From: Strigamia acuminata
Taxonomy: Eukaryota
Direction: 5' to 3'
DNA length: 64,000 nt
NCBI GenBank assembly: GCA_949358305.1
Contig: OX442314.1
Location: 19,096,001-19,160,000, forward strand
The position numbers were made by a program, and so were the translations under genes. The notes under the pieces were generated by a model. The model was not told the DNA's origin and searched no databases. It saw only the letters and a program-made list of their open reading frames with translations. Shown in pieces: positions 1 through 13,244 of this stretch. The stretch's first letter is position 1, and each line of letters starts with the position of its first letter.

Positions 1-1345
1 GCTCGGTGGAGCAAGGCCCCAGTTTGTTTTGGAGGCAAAAGCAATCGGACTGACAATAATGAAGTGAAGGCGGCAAAATGGTAGATGGCTGTCAGCGCCA
101 CTAACGGCCAATTTCGGCCTCGAAACGTGATAGAAGCCAAAGAGGCATTCGTCACTAATTAAAGGAGGGCCATGAGGTTAATTGAGCGAGCAACGAGTAA
201 TAACTTAGCTATGGATGAATTTTAAACACCAATTTCATACCTTAACACACCTATCTAAATGCTTAAAAATGTACTTAAAAAGGGGGAATCTAGAGGAAAT
301 GTTCACTATTTCCGGTTGGAACAATGTTAAAAACCATTGAATTTGTCATTTTACACAGAAAATTGAGATAAAAATGTCAAAAGTTTGGCTATTTTGCTTG
401 ATATGTCGAAAAATTTAGATTTATTGCAACTTAAACGCAAAATTTAGAATACGTGGCCTTATTTCGTTGCAGCTGGAGACAAATATCATTACATTCTTTC
501 ATAATTCTGTAATAGAAACTCAAACTTTTAGTTCCAACGTCTAATTGAGCACACTTTCCAAACTTACCGTTTTGATTACGGTATTCTCAATCCCTACACA
601 TGAAATAAAAATTCTATTGATTTATATAAAACTACATTTTTGATAAACGGAAATGAAAAAAGTGCAACATACAATTTTGAACAGCTGCAAATCTCAGCTT
701 GACATGGGTCTTATGAAAAATCCTCTCTTTTGGCCTTTCCTGATTCTTTTTCCAAGTTTAAAAAGAGAAAAAAAAATCGAAAAACATAGCCCCAAACAAT
801 AAGCAAAAAAAAAAACTGTAAATAAAAAACAGCTTGCCTTATAAATTGTCTCGAAGTGGAGATTGATTTCCTTTTAAAACAACTCCAAAGCAAATGTATT
901 ATTACACTAAAACAACGCGCGAAGAAGTTTAATGCATAGCCCAAACCAACCTCGGTTTCATTGTCAGTTAAAATTAATGCACCCTTTACATTATCCACCG
1001 AATGGATGCGAGTTGAAATGTTAAAAACGAATCCAAGTGTAAACAGCATATCAGTTGTGTCAAACCAACTCCCCACACAAACTTGAGTTTGCACTAAGAC
1101 AGTATTCATCCATCTTAATTAAATAGCGGCAAGATAGTGCCCATCCATGCACTCAACAGTGTCCCATTTAAACACATCTGATGGGGAGAAATTTTTTGAA
1201 GGTACACCTCGCCTCATCTCATCACTCAATGTCAAATCTAAGGCCCTCTTGTGGCAAACTCGGCCAGACACAAGCCAAACCGAGCCAAACCCTGTCACAG
1301 GTCATTCGTACGCTTAAATAAAGATGTTTGATTTTTATCACTTAC

Positions 1346-1566
1346 TTTTAATTGCAAATGCTCCATAAAAGTTATGAATAAAACTGAAAATAATTCGACA
1401 ACATATTTCCAGCAAACCAGTTTCACTTCGTCAGATTTTTTTTCCTGCAAAAATACATCCCAAAACGCTACTAATGTCGCAGATTTTACAACTCCTTCAT
1501 CAGACCACGCATGATCATGATGGGAAGGGAAAAACATTTCCCCTTTTCTCTAATTGTTTTCTAAAC
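1346..1566 (-). other. Candidate 221-nt exon of an unidentified minus-strand host gene (5'UTR or first coding exon)
   Basis: On the - strand there is an acceptor TATTTGTTTTTATTTCAG ending at 1567 and a consensus donor AA|GTAAGT at 1345-1340. An ATG at 1537 gives 64 open codons up to the donor (phase 0), but the peptide has no recognisable motif. Confidence 0.45.
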
Positions 1567-4500
1567 CTGAAATAAAAACAAATACTTTGAGCGACGCTAA
1601 TGAGAGTAAACAAAACATATTTAGCTTCATCTTAATCATTTTATCATCATAAACAATAAAGAGAAGAGAGTCAGGTGGTAGCAACTGTTAATGAGTTGGA
1701 GCGCGAAAGAACAATTCGCCCACAATTTATTGATGAATAAGCACAAGCCAGAGATAAGTTTTCTTCTTCCAATTAACTGTATTATACATTCAATTAAACT
1801 CCAAGGAAAGGACACTGCGAATGAATAGTCGCAAACGTTAATGAAAAAGGATAATTCTAAAAACTCGAGATGCGAGATAAGAAGCACAATTTATAAGGGC
1901 ACTACTAAGTACCAGTGGCTCCTTCTCGTGTCGGAATTGACTAACCTCAATAAGTCCAATGAACCAAAACCCACATACCATCTGCTCTAACTTGTAAAAC
2001 AGTTGAATTAATTAGGACTTATTTATTACTTAGTATTTTACCGAGATGTCATTCATAAATTGCATGTTTTAAACAAAAAAAAATAATAAAATAAAACAAA
2101 AAACAAAACCCAGTTCACTTCTGAAATTTAAATTCAAACAATAAATGTAAAAAAATAAATAAAAAAATTAAAAACTTTTTCTCTTTTAAATATGTAATTA
2201 ATTTTATAGGTCCAACGATTGCGAACCTTCAGCAAATAATTTGGAACGTGTTGGAAGGTACGAACTACAGTTGGCTACATCATCATCAATCAACTGATAT
2301 CATCAGATCCTGATCAGGCCTCTGACCTATTGATATCAATAGACAAAAAAAAATCCTAATCCTACCCTTACCCAAGTCCATTATAAGGTATTGGTGATTC
2401 TACGCACTGTACAATGACAGAGCACATAGTTAATACAAGAGAGCAGTAACCTATTGACTACAATCATTCATTGTGATTAAACCCAAAAAGGCTTTTAGAC
2501 ATCTTTAAGTCTCAAAAGTGGATTTTTTTCTTCAAAACCCTTACACCTAGAATAATCCATCTTCATTTGACATGTAAATTTCCGATCGGTCTAGTTTGCA
2601 AAGGCTATATAATTTAGAAAATTGTCAATAGGATAATGGCTGTGCTAAATTGAAATTAATTAATTGCAAGTCCAATTTGACTTGTCAATTTTGACAGTTA
2701 GGGTGGAAACTAAGCAATTACAACGAGTAAATGTATAAGATTTACTGAAATTAGTGTTAATTGAGCGTGTGTGACCTTAGAAATAGACAATATCATCGTT
2801 GTTTTATTTTAATAAATCGAATCTTGTGTTCGCTGTACTCGCCAGCTACCGGATTTCACAGCGAAAAGCAAACTCGTTTTCTGTTCCTACTAAACAGAAT
2901 TCACGTCAGAATCAAGAAACAACGACCTTTACCTCAGAATACAATTAGTGCTATTAAATTTTATGATTTAATGAAGCCCAAATTTCCATTCTCTCGTAAT
3001 CTTGATGTTGGAGGAGGATAAGGGTTGGGTCGGACACGACTCAAAAATAATAATCCTTACGGAAAATTTCCAAGGCGCTATTATACCAATACATCATCGA
3101 CTTTAATTACGCTAATAAAAATCAGAGTAAAATTTTTTTTTAAGTAAAATCAATTTTCATAATGACAGTTTAAGAAAAATTATACATAAAAATTTGGTTT
3201 TTTACAAGTGGAATAAAATATAATGAATACAGAGAAGCCTTTTATTAAGAAAATAAAAATATTTTTATAAATCCATAAAACTTTACAACTTAACAACCCA
3301 CAATAAACTTTTAACACACTTAAAAAAATGAATGAATAAAAAATTATAAACTCAACTTTTATAGCGATCTACCATCTGCTCAAACTCAAGACCAAACAAA
3401 AAAAATGTAGTTCACAAACCACCACTAGGCTGCACCCAAAAAAAAAATAAAAATTACCTTATAATTTCATCTCTACAACCCAAAAACCCTGTTATGGCCC
3501 TCAGCTAATTCATAAATTACAAACTAAATCCTCACACCTATTCGAGATAAAATTGAGCTGGGCCTAAAGAATTTATTTCCTTATTTTTTTCTTTCAACCA
3601 CCAGGTGGAGGCTCTTAGCAAAATTCCCTTGTAGAAGGAGACAACCTCTCATTAATTTAATTATATTGCATTGTTTTTTATGTGTAGAGTTTACATTGTT
3701 AATGGTAGAAAACATTCCTTGTTGCTAAACAAACAGTTTACACACTTTTTTCTCCCTTCTCCTCTCATGTTCTTGCTGAGATTCTGATGACAGTTAATTT
3801 AACTCTAAATTATGTTACTCTTGATGAGGTTTCAGAAATTGGTAATTAAATTTTAACTTTTCAAATTTTCCTTTTTTTTAATTTTAATTTTTTTTACAAT
3901 CATATTTTTAATTTAAAAAATAATTCAATTTCGTTTTTTATCTATGACGTCAGAAAATTACATTTTTCAATGAAAAGTCTCCTCGTAAATCAAGCAAAAC
4001 ATTAAATGTCGTCATTCACCACTGACTCACATCTATTCGACAGCTGGTGATCGATAATGAAGAATAATTGGAATTATGCCCAAATATAAAGCCCTATCGC
4101 AATTTTTATTTTTTCATCCCCTTCTTAAATTAAAAAGTATAAATTTACACAAAGAGTTCAAATTATGACAATTTGATGAAACTCAATAAAACTCGTCATC
4201 CTTGTCATGGCGCAGGAAGAGGATTTTCCTTGCAGCTGGGACAGAGCCAGTTGCGTTTAATTCGGTGATTATGAGCGATAAATGGCTAATGAGACGATGG
4301 CGACCAGTTGGAATTAGCATAGAAATGTTTCTCGCTTGTAAAACGTTCGCTTTAATGAAGTGCAGCAAATGAGACGCTCTTTTAAATCGCAACGATAAAT
4401 TTTATTACGAGGTTATCCCTATGAATAATTTTACCTATTCCAATCCACTGTCACCTTTCACTTTTTTAATTTCAACGCGCCAGTATTAACAAAACATGTG

Positions 4501-7500
4501 ACGCCGTATCAATTTTGTGCGCAACTAAAACCCCATTATTAACTTCCACGAGCAATTCAAGCAACGGTTGCACGAAAACTATTTTATATCACCATATAAT
4601 ACAGTTTCATGCATTATTTAACTGGCGAACTGTTTTAACTGTCCCATTTGTAACATTCCCAACCGTTAGTATTGGTGTTTACAATTTATTTTCGCCTTTA
4701 AAATCGACCAATTGGTAATTTAGATCGCGGCAGGCACGTAACTCATCCGCGCATGCAAAAAAAAATACCTCCTACCATATCTCCCCCTCGGAGACCTTAA
4801 AAAAAAACAATAAGTAGAAAAAAGATAAAAGAAGAATTCTCCACAGGAGGTACGAAAAGGAAAGGCAACTGAACATCCAAGTGGACAGGATGAGTGATGG
4901 ACCACGAACTGGCAACTGAACCGATGTCGACTGACACCATTGCTGGAAAAATATCAAATTCTAGCAAAGTATTGAGTTTTCAATGTACCGTGTTACACTT
5001 TTGCGCGTTATATTCGCAGTTTAAAGGTGTTTGCGCTTTGATTCAAATTTCACAGTTTGTCAGAATGATTAATTACACTTTGAATTTTATTTTGACTTTA
5101 AGCGTTTCTTCATATAAAAAAAAATAAAATAAAAAATAAAAAATAAAATAAAACGTTTTTTTGCCTGATGTGATGTGATTTATTCTCGATGCCATCGGAA
5201 TAGTTTTGAAAGTAGATCACGAGGATTAAGTACCCATAATTAGAATCAAATCATCCGGAATAAAAGTGAAATCAAACAATAAATTACCTCTTTAATCCCA
5301 TCAAAAGTTAAAATGATCATTATTTCAACATTTCATTTTTTCTTTTTTTAAAATTCTCTTTTAAATCTCTTTTCATCCAATATCCAAAAACAATTCCCTA
5401 ACACGCAATCCAAACCAAAAAATAAATAAATAAATACAAATTAAACCCCCCAAAACAAAAAAAAGAGACTTAAGACACAACCAGAATTCCCAAAACCCCA
5501 AACCCCTAGTGGTAAAATATTTTTTTAAAAAAAACTTTGAGCATGATCCAATGTCCCCGCAATTATTTATGGCCGACTCTTGATCTCTCCAGTGACCACG
5601 GGTGACCAAAACACAACCTCAACCCCAGCAGGGAAACGTGAAACCCCATGAACACTTGGTCACTAGGTTAAAAGGGGTGACAACAAACATGTGACCTCAC
5701 ACTGACAACCACGACTGTCTAAAATGAAATGTGATTTGTTTCAACAATCAAAATAGGCGTAATTAATGGATATGGACTCAGCTGCAGTGCATTGTAAAAG
5801 CAAGTATGGATTACAGGTCAAACATCTACTGGACTGTGACCACTGCTTCCATCCACTAAACCTCATTATTACATACACGCAATAATAATAATTATTTTAT
5901 CAAATTGTAAATTGTTTTTTATAAACGCAGAATTAAAGAGTTATTCTAAGCCCTTAATGGGCTTAATTATTAATTACAACACACATAATTACACACTTAG
6001 CTGTTGTGCAATTAGAATGCATTAAATATGCAGGACAAACATTTCATTTTTCCAATTCACACGTAGCACTTAGATACAGTGCAATGTAAATATAGAATAA
6101 CAAAGCTGTCAGGTTTGACCAGCATGATGAAAAGAGGGCGGCTTTAAAAATGTAGTTTTGCAGTCGTAGGTACGTTTGTGGTGTTGAGATTATGCTGGCC
6201 TTGTTAATTTGATCTTGTATGCAAATTGGACTGCCATTAACAGCATTGAGGCACCATCTAGTCTTAATGAAGCATGGATTGGAAAAGACATCCCCGCACA
6301 CTCAAAAGACTCGGGATTAAGGGCAAACTGAGGGCAATTGTCACAACAAATTTCACCACCAGAGGGAAAAGAAGCAGCAATAATGGAGTGCAAATTAGAC
6401 AAATTACAAATTGCGTTCTTCCAATTTCCTTCGGGTTGAAGATGGCAGCCGGAGAAGAAATTGAAAAAAATAAATCAATTCCTAAATTCTTTTGCACTCA
6501 AATTTCAATATATGCTTTTTAAACTTTTTTGTTTTAAATTTTTTTATTAATGACTCCGTTTCTAGAAAAATAAAACTCCTGTTCCGTGCTCAACCTAGTA
6601 AAACTAAACGTGTATATTCTTCAAGATTTAAGGGACTTAAGTAGAGCTAACCTTAACACAGCTTTGCGAAATATGCCTGTACTGAAAAGAGGCGAATTCA
6701 TTACGTTGCCAATATTACAACATTAGTCCTCACCACCTACGGAGCGAAATAAGGGAACTCCCGGAGAGCTTTTTATTGATCTAATAACTAAGATGGCATC
6801 AGGTGACGTCTCATGCACAACAACACACTTCCCCACCGACCATAAATCAAGACCATAAACCTTAAATAAGATGGAGCTACAATATCAACTTCAATTATTA
6901 CTACTAAACCGCTGCTAGAATATTTCTTACACTAACGACAAAACTTCACATTTTTATATTTCTCCTTCAAATAATCAATATTCCATTCCATAAATCGACA
7001 ATGAAAAATAAATGCAAGTTTGATTCAAGGTAAATCGTCGTAATTGTTTTTTTTTGTCTTTAACACAGAAAAAAAAACCACAGAAAATAGAGGGCTTTTC
7101 GGCGTAACATGATGCAACAATTCTACTGGAATCATACGGAGCTCCCTTTAACCACCAACACGAACAACATTTTATTATATTTTGACCGTGTACATCTTGA
7201 AAAATCAATTCGTCAGTTGTTTTTATTCCCTAAACATTAAAAACTCAATTTTTGGAATCTATCGGGGGAAGTAATAAGCATGAAAGAATCGACATGACAA
7301 CTGCTTTCTATCTAACCACAAATTTGCATTCCTATATTTGCTTTCCAAGATGTTCGCACGACTGAAGTTTGTCTTAAAGTTTTCAGAACAAAAACACACG
7401 CAATGTGCTATGCTTTTAAAACTACAAATGTATTCACGTTTCTCGCAGTAAATCTGCTTTTCTTCATTTTTTTCTTCTTCAAAGACCAAAAACCAAATCA

Positions 7501-7837
7501 ACAATGCATTCTTGACAAATCTTTTTTTGGTCATAATTTATTTTAAGTTTGAATAAATCAACTGCAGAAAGAGCGATAAAGGGTCGCAAAGAGTTAATGC
7601 AGAGAGATATGTTATGCTTAAACCAAACAAAACAACCACAGTGAAATCCCAATAAAGTCGTTATGGAGGTTTGGTTAAAGCTAGCATTGTGGTTAAACAA
7701 GCCTGCCGTTGGTGGAGAAAGTGAAATTTATATTCAAGGAAGAAGAAATCTTTAATAGACAGTGGTGCTTTTGATGTAATAAAAGTAGGAAAGCAACCCA
7801 TGTCGTAAAGCAAGTCGTAAAAAGACATGGGACTTAC

Positions 7838-7881
7838 CTTGCTGCACTGAGGGTGTCTTGCTTCATAAAATTACCACTTAC
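7838..7881 (-). other. Recursive splice site with 44-nt cryptic RS-exon
   Basis: The - strand reads TTTTAATTGCATTTTCTCTGTTGTCTAG|GTAAGT (junction 7882/7881; candidate branch A near 7904). A second consensus donor, AAG|GTAAGT, starts at 7837. Confidence 0.65.
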
Positions 7882-10259
7882 CTAGACAACAGAGAAAATG
7901 CAATTAAAATCCACAACATTTCTGCCAAGGTGAAAAGCATTATTTTAATTTGATGTGACACAGTTATAACGAGAAATATTTCTCTTTTTCTAAACTAACA
8001 TTTTTAAATCACCTGATTTCTCAACTTTCACATTACAAAAAAAACCAAAATTTATATTTTTTATTTACGTTATTGGAAAGTTGTTAACTTTGTAACAAGT
8101 TTATTATTATAAGCCATTTGTGTTTTTTAATATCTCCGGAAACAATTTCTGTTGGCAAGTCGTGCCAACAAACACACTGTTGGCAATGATCCAATGTTTC
8201 GACAATACAAAAATCACATTTCAACCTAATGCGCTATTTCAAGAAGACTTTATAAATTTCATCAATGTCCTTTGCATATACTGCAAATAAGAAAAGCAAA
8301 TCTGAATTTTCATTTATCAAAACTCAAAAAAAAGAAAAGAAAAAGAAAAACTTTTTCCAGATTGGCAGATTTATTCCGAGTATTTGTTCTCCTAAAGCCT
8401 CGAACGAAAAAATGTTGTTGCCAACTTCGACTCCAAGTCAATAAAGAAATTACGCAGCACAGCACCTGAATCTCATATGAGAGATTTTATTTTTATTAAA
8501 CATCTTCTACCCAAACCCCAAGACATGAGATTTGGTTCATGAAGCAAAACCCCACACAGAATCATCAGGAGCGTGCAAGTGGACACAGATGGTGTTAATA
8601 ACAGTTGAAGGAAATGAAGGAAACCATGAAATGCTAGGGCCCAAAGCAAGCATTTATTGATTTTGCAAGCTTAATGGCAATTAACACACAGACTCTAACC
8701 AAAAAAATAGGTAGCTCGCATCTAAAAATCCAGTCTCCTTCCTATTAGGTAATTGCTTATTTTATGATCTAGCCAGCAGGGGATTGCTAGGTGCAGGCTG
8801 TGTATCTGGTCCTAATGACAAATCACAGTCTTCCAGTTAAGTCCACCTAGTTACCAATCACAAGCCACCATTAGTGTACACCAATTACTTCTTAATTACA
8901 CCTTACTATACGTTTTTCTTCCATTTTTCCACAATAAACCTTTAAGTCTTTAAAAAAAATGCTCTCTTTGAAAACAGATGGCAAATTAGACAGATAAGAT
9001 TTTCTTTAACTTGTGTAGTACGTGTCATCTATCTTTTATGTGGTATCTATTCAAAATGAATGAGCTTTTGATGATGTTTACACACCGGACACAGTGTTTA
9101 GTAAGAGCTTAATGAATTTTTTACGAGTGGCATCATGAACAAATTAGTAGAAAACCCATTTCACATTTCAGTCTTTACAAGTACGCGATTATTAATCAAA
9201 CTTGCAGTCGCGGCTTGACAATTTCCCAAAACATTTTCGTTTTTTATGCACGGCAAAAAACGCTGACAAATTATTAGAGATTGTATGAATTATTCATGTT
9301 TATTCAGCTTCTTAGAACAATAATTTGGCCCAGAGTAAATTAAAAACCAAAGAGACAAGAATAAGCTTCATTTGCAGCCAAGAATCCCTTAAGGTCTTCC
9401 ACCCTTCTTACTTGGTGCGTTTAATCTAATTGAAAAAAGAAGAAAAGTCGAATCCCAGTAGAAAACGCTGAGAAAGGGAGTAGACCTGTTCTGCATATGT
9501 ATGAAATTAAAACAAGAAATTTCATCACAGTAAAAGAGCGAAAAAAAATGTCGTTTGCTCAATTTAACACATGAATTTGCATGTGGTTTCAATCACTATG
9601 CCTTTTCGTTTAACTCTAGCCCCTGATAACAATTAAAATGCTGCAAATATTAACATGCAAAATTAATACTGCAATAATAAGTATGCAAATTTCCCCTACT
9701 TCGTTGGCTGAGGAAAAATAAATTAGCAAACATCTCGAACATCCCTTCAAGGCAATATCAATAAGAATACCATTAAAACATACATATTTCAAACATGAAA
9801 AGTTAAATATAAAAGCTCCAGCAAACATCAGCATAAAAGGTTTTACTGCATCACTACAATCCGACATTTTTTAATGTGATGAGTCGAAGCATAAAAGATG
9901 TCGGTTTACAACATTCCATTTTTACCACATCATAAAACACCTTTGAACAACAAATTCTACTTCCCATAGAAAATGTGATGCTCACATTAACACAGTAAAA
10001 ACTCGATATAAATTTACAAACTCACTGATTATTGTTTTACATATGGCAAATAAGCTGAAGTTAGATCGAGACATCCTGTTTAGAAAAGTTTAAATACCGT
10101 ATGTTGTTTACAATGCTGTTTAGTCTAAATTACTTTACGAATGCGCCTACTATATTCTACAAATGGATGCAATTTAAATTGCATTTTTTAATTAAAAACT
10201 ATTCGTTGAACATAGAATTACCTTGCATGCCTATTTTAAAGCACTAAACTTTGTATTAT

Positions 10260-10324
10260 CGGTATACGTATTCAGTAATTTGGCCGTATAACCGAATACA
10301 AACCGAATATTCGTTGCAACCCTA
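10260..10324 (-). mobile_element. Possible single terminus of a degenerate hAT-like non-autonomous element
   Basis: The - strand begins TAGGGTTGCAACGAATATTCGG and carries repeated TATTCGG motifs, resembling TAGGG-type hAT ends. No partner TIR or target-site duplication (TSD) was found. Confidence 0.3.
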
Positions 10325-11228
10325 GTTTTCATCATTACTCCTATAAGGTTTTTATTGTTAGACATTGGCACGTATGACCCTCTTGGCTCCATACACAGTC
10401 CTTTTCTCCCCCCAACATTACAATCCGCTGTAAGATAATATTGCATTACACAAAGAAAAACCCAACTTTCTTAATAAGAAAAAAAAGTTATTCCCTCTTT
10501 TTTTATAGACGACAAAATGGAAACAACAACAAAAAACATTTCCGAAAAAAACAACTTGTGTATTACTGTAGTGAAAATAAATGATTGTTTACTCTTCGTT
10601 GATCCCAATGGTTCAAACTTAAGACAATGTGTAATGGCTGTCTCCAATGACTGTCTTTTGTTCAATGAAGACAAAAGCTAAAGTAGCTAATTAAGTCAGT
10701 ATTTGTCAATGTGTGCATTCAAGAAGGAAATCAAGCGTCAAGACAATGGTTCAATGAAGCCAAAGGCACTAGCAATCTGTTTGAGGTGGGGTGGGCTCAT
10801 TAAGTGACACTCTTTAAGCATCAAGACCTACTAACGACTAAAGGGCCAAGAGAAAGTTGAGACATTTACTAAGAAAATCATTGTCGTCTGTTGAACAAAG
10901 ACAAAAGCACTTGCTAATTTTTGACACTAGCATCTGAATGGCGCTTAACCCGAGATTTTTATTTCTATTTTATTCAAGAGGGGAAAAAACGGCAAATTGT
11001 ATATCGATTTGTAGAAAATCGACGCTTTAAAAATATGAACTTATTTAGTTTAATTATAAAATTTGTTTTCTCTTTGTTAAAACTGTCGTTTATGCATTGG
11101 GAAATTAGAGACAACGCCATGTTTGATCGCCAGGGTCACTTTGGTGACCCACTATGTAAATGGGTTGAGTTATTGTGATAATACAGGGGAGAATATATTT
11201 GCACATATACCCTGTAAACTATTGCGTA

Positions 11229-11329
11229 CCGTACTGCCTCGAATAAACGCCAGGTTCAAATAAGCGAGGGGGGGGGGGGTCAGCGGCGTTTATTGCACAG
11301 CGCGTCGGCGTTTATTCGAAGCAGTACGG
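11229..11329. mobile_element. 101-bp Tc1/mariner-superfamily MITE (Tc2/pogo-like CCGTA ends)
   Basis: 23-bp TIRs CCGTACTGCCTCGAATAAACGCC / GGCGTTTATTCGAAGCAGTACGG (22/23 match), TA on both flanks (11227-28 and 11330-31), and an internal poly-G run. Confidence 0.85.
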
Positions 11330-13005
11330 TACGCGTGCTTTCATTTGCAATCGATCTAAATCAGTTTCATTCCTGTGACATCCGAACTTTAAGGTGACTT
11401 TTAATTATTCTAAATACGATTTTGAGTTGTTTTTAAGTGCAACACTCTTAGCCATATTTGAAATCAACAAATGTCGGTAGTTTCAAAGCGGGTAAAAACT
11501 AGCAAACCCCTTTTGATGAAAAAACAAACATGGTCCATAAAAAATTAATTCAATATTTGTTTTCGTCTTGTGACTAAGAGCTCATAGACGAGTAATTTGT
11601 CGATTAAAAAATTTAATCTTTTAAGGAGTATTCCAAGTTTTAAAATCTAAAATTTTTCAAAAGAAGATTCCAATAGATTTGAAGTTGTGCTGTCCAAATG
11701 TTTGCTTTTAATATTTCACTACGTTTCCGATCCCTTTATATTTGGATGTAAGAAAGGAAAAGAAAACGTTGAAAGTCAATCATATTTCTCAAAGAAATTC
11801 TTTTTGCCAAAGGAATTAGGTTTAATGAAACTGAACTCTCAGATGATGTGTTTCATGTAAAAAAAAAATAAAAAAAACTGAAAAAAATTCCTTTTAGATA
11901 TTATATATTCTCTAAATTCATTTTTTTCTTTCCATTTCCAAACTATTATCATCCTTTTTTCTGCATGTGGTATATACATATATAAATATCCTTGTGTCAC
12001 TATTTTCTTCTGATTTTTCAATCATATGTCACAAAGTTGTTGAAATGAAATACCAAAAAAAAAAAAAAAAAACTCTTCCATAAAAGAAATGTAAAAGTTT
12101 TTTTCTTTTACACTTCTGATGTGAAAATTCAATTTCATACATCTAAACTTTAAAAAAAGTTAGTAACTTGAGGCAAGAATGCTTTAAAGACCAAAAAAGC
12201 GCATGATATATGCATCAAATTTGTCTGAACTAAAATTTTACAAAAACCCACCGCTGACACATTCAAATGCAAAAATGTTTTAAATTATTGATTAAACACA
12301 CACTATTTCACAAAAAAGTCCTTAAAAACTATACTTTATAAACACGTTTCCATAAAATAAAAAAATCTATTCAATAACCTTCCTTTGTCTTCACAGATGA
12401 GGACATAAAAAATCCTCTCTATTATGCAGTCTCTTATATAGCTGCAGATATCTTATTACATTACCACGAGAGAATGGGCACGTCAAGAGAGAGATGTTAT
12501 CACAAGCATTGAAAATTTGTCATTTATTTTCAGGAATTCTTTAATTCATTCTTTGATAAGACCACTTTATGAGTCTCTTAGGTATTTCCTTCTCCCCACA
12601 TCATACTAGAAATGTTTTAATTAATACAAAACTCTCAAATTCACTTTCTTGGAACTCGTACCCCAAGGCCCAAAACCATCTGCATAGCAAAACAAAAACA
12701 CTAAGATCAAAATTCAGAAAGCAGGCAGGCATCTTTGTTTTATTTCAAACCAATTTGAATCATATTGCTTTTTTCGGTCCCTATACCTTAAAGGCAAAAC
12801 TTGCTGCTTCAATGAAAGGAAATTACAATTTCAATTATGAATTATATTCCTTCGCAATAACTAACAGGAAATACTTTTATTGCTAAATATATCCTATCAC
12901 AGGCAATTGGTGGATATACACATTAATAATCATTTGTGCAGTGTCAAAAGTATTTAATGCAACAATCCAATAAACAAAAATCAAATCTATTCATTAAAAA
13001 ATATA

Positions 13006-13244
13006 CCGTATTTTATCGATTAAGAGCAGCGAATCTTATTCAAAACTGCCATTTTTGTCAGCAATTACAATTTCAGTTTTTCATTTGTTACATTTGTTTA
13101 ATGTAACAAACTAAAGTCTGAACGACACAAATGAAGCGTACATTCATCGTTCGTGAAGTGAAATGTAGAAACAATACCGTACTATGCGGCTACTATTCTA
13201 GGGCGGCTACAATTCGAATGCGACTCTTAATCGGTAAAATACGG
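13006..13244. mobile_element. Tc2/pogo-like CCGTA MITE, family A copy 1
   Basis: TIRs CCGTATTTTATCGATTAAGAG / CTCTTAATCGGTAAAATACGG (20/21) and a TA TSD (13004-05, 13245-46). The interior is homologous, in inverted orientation, to 56789-57041. Confidence 0.9.

Noticed and set aside
8150..8185. TGTTGGCA/TGCCAACA palindrome triplet as an NFI site
   Set aside because: The spacing is N7 rather than the N5 required, and the motif is too short to assign.
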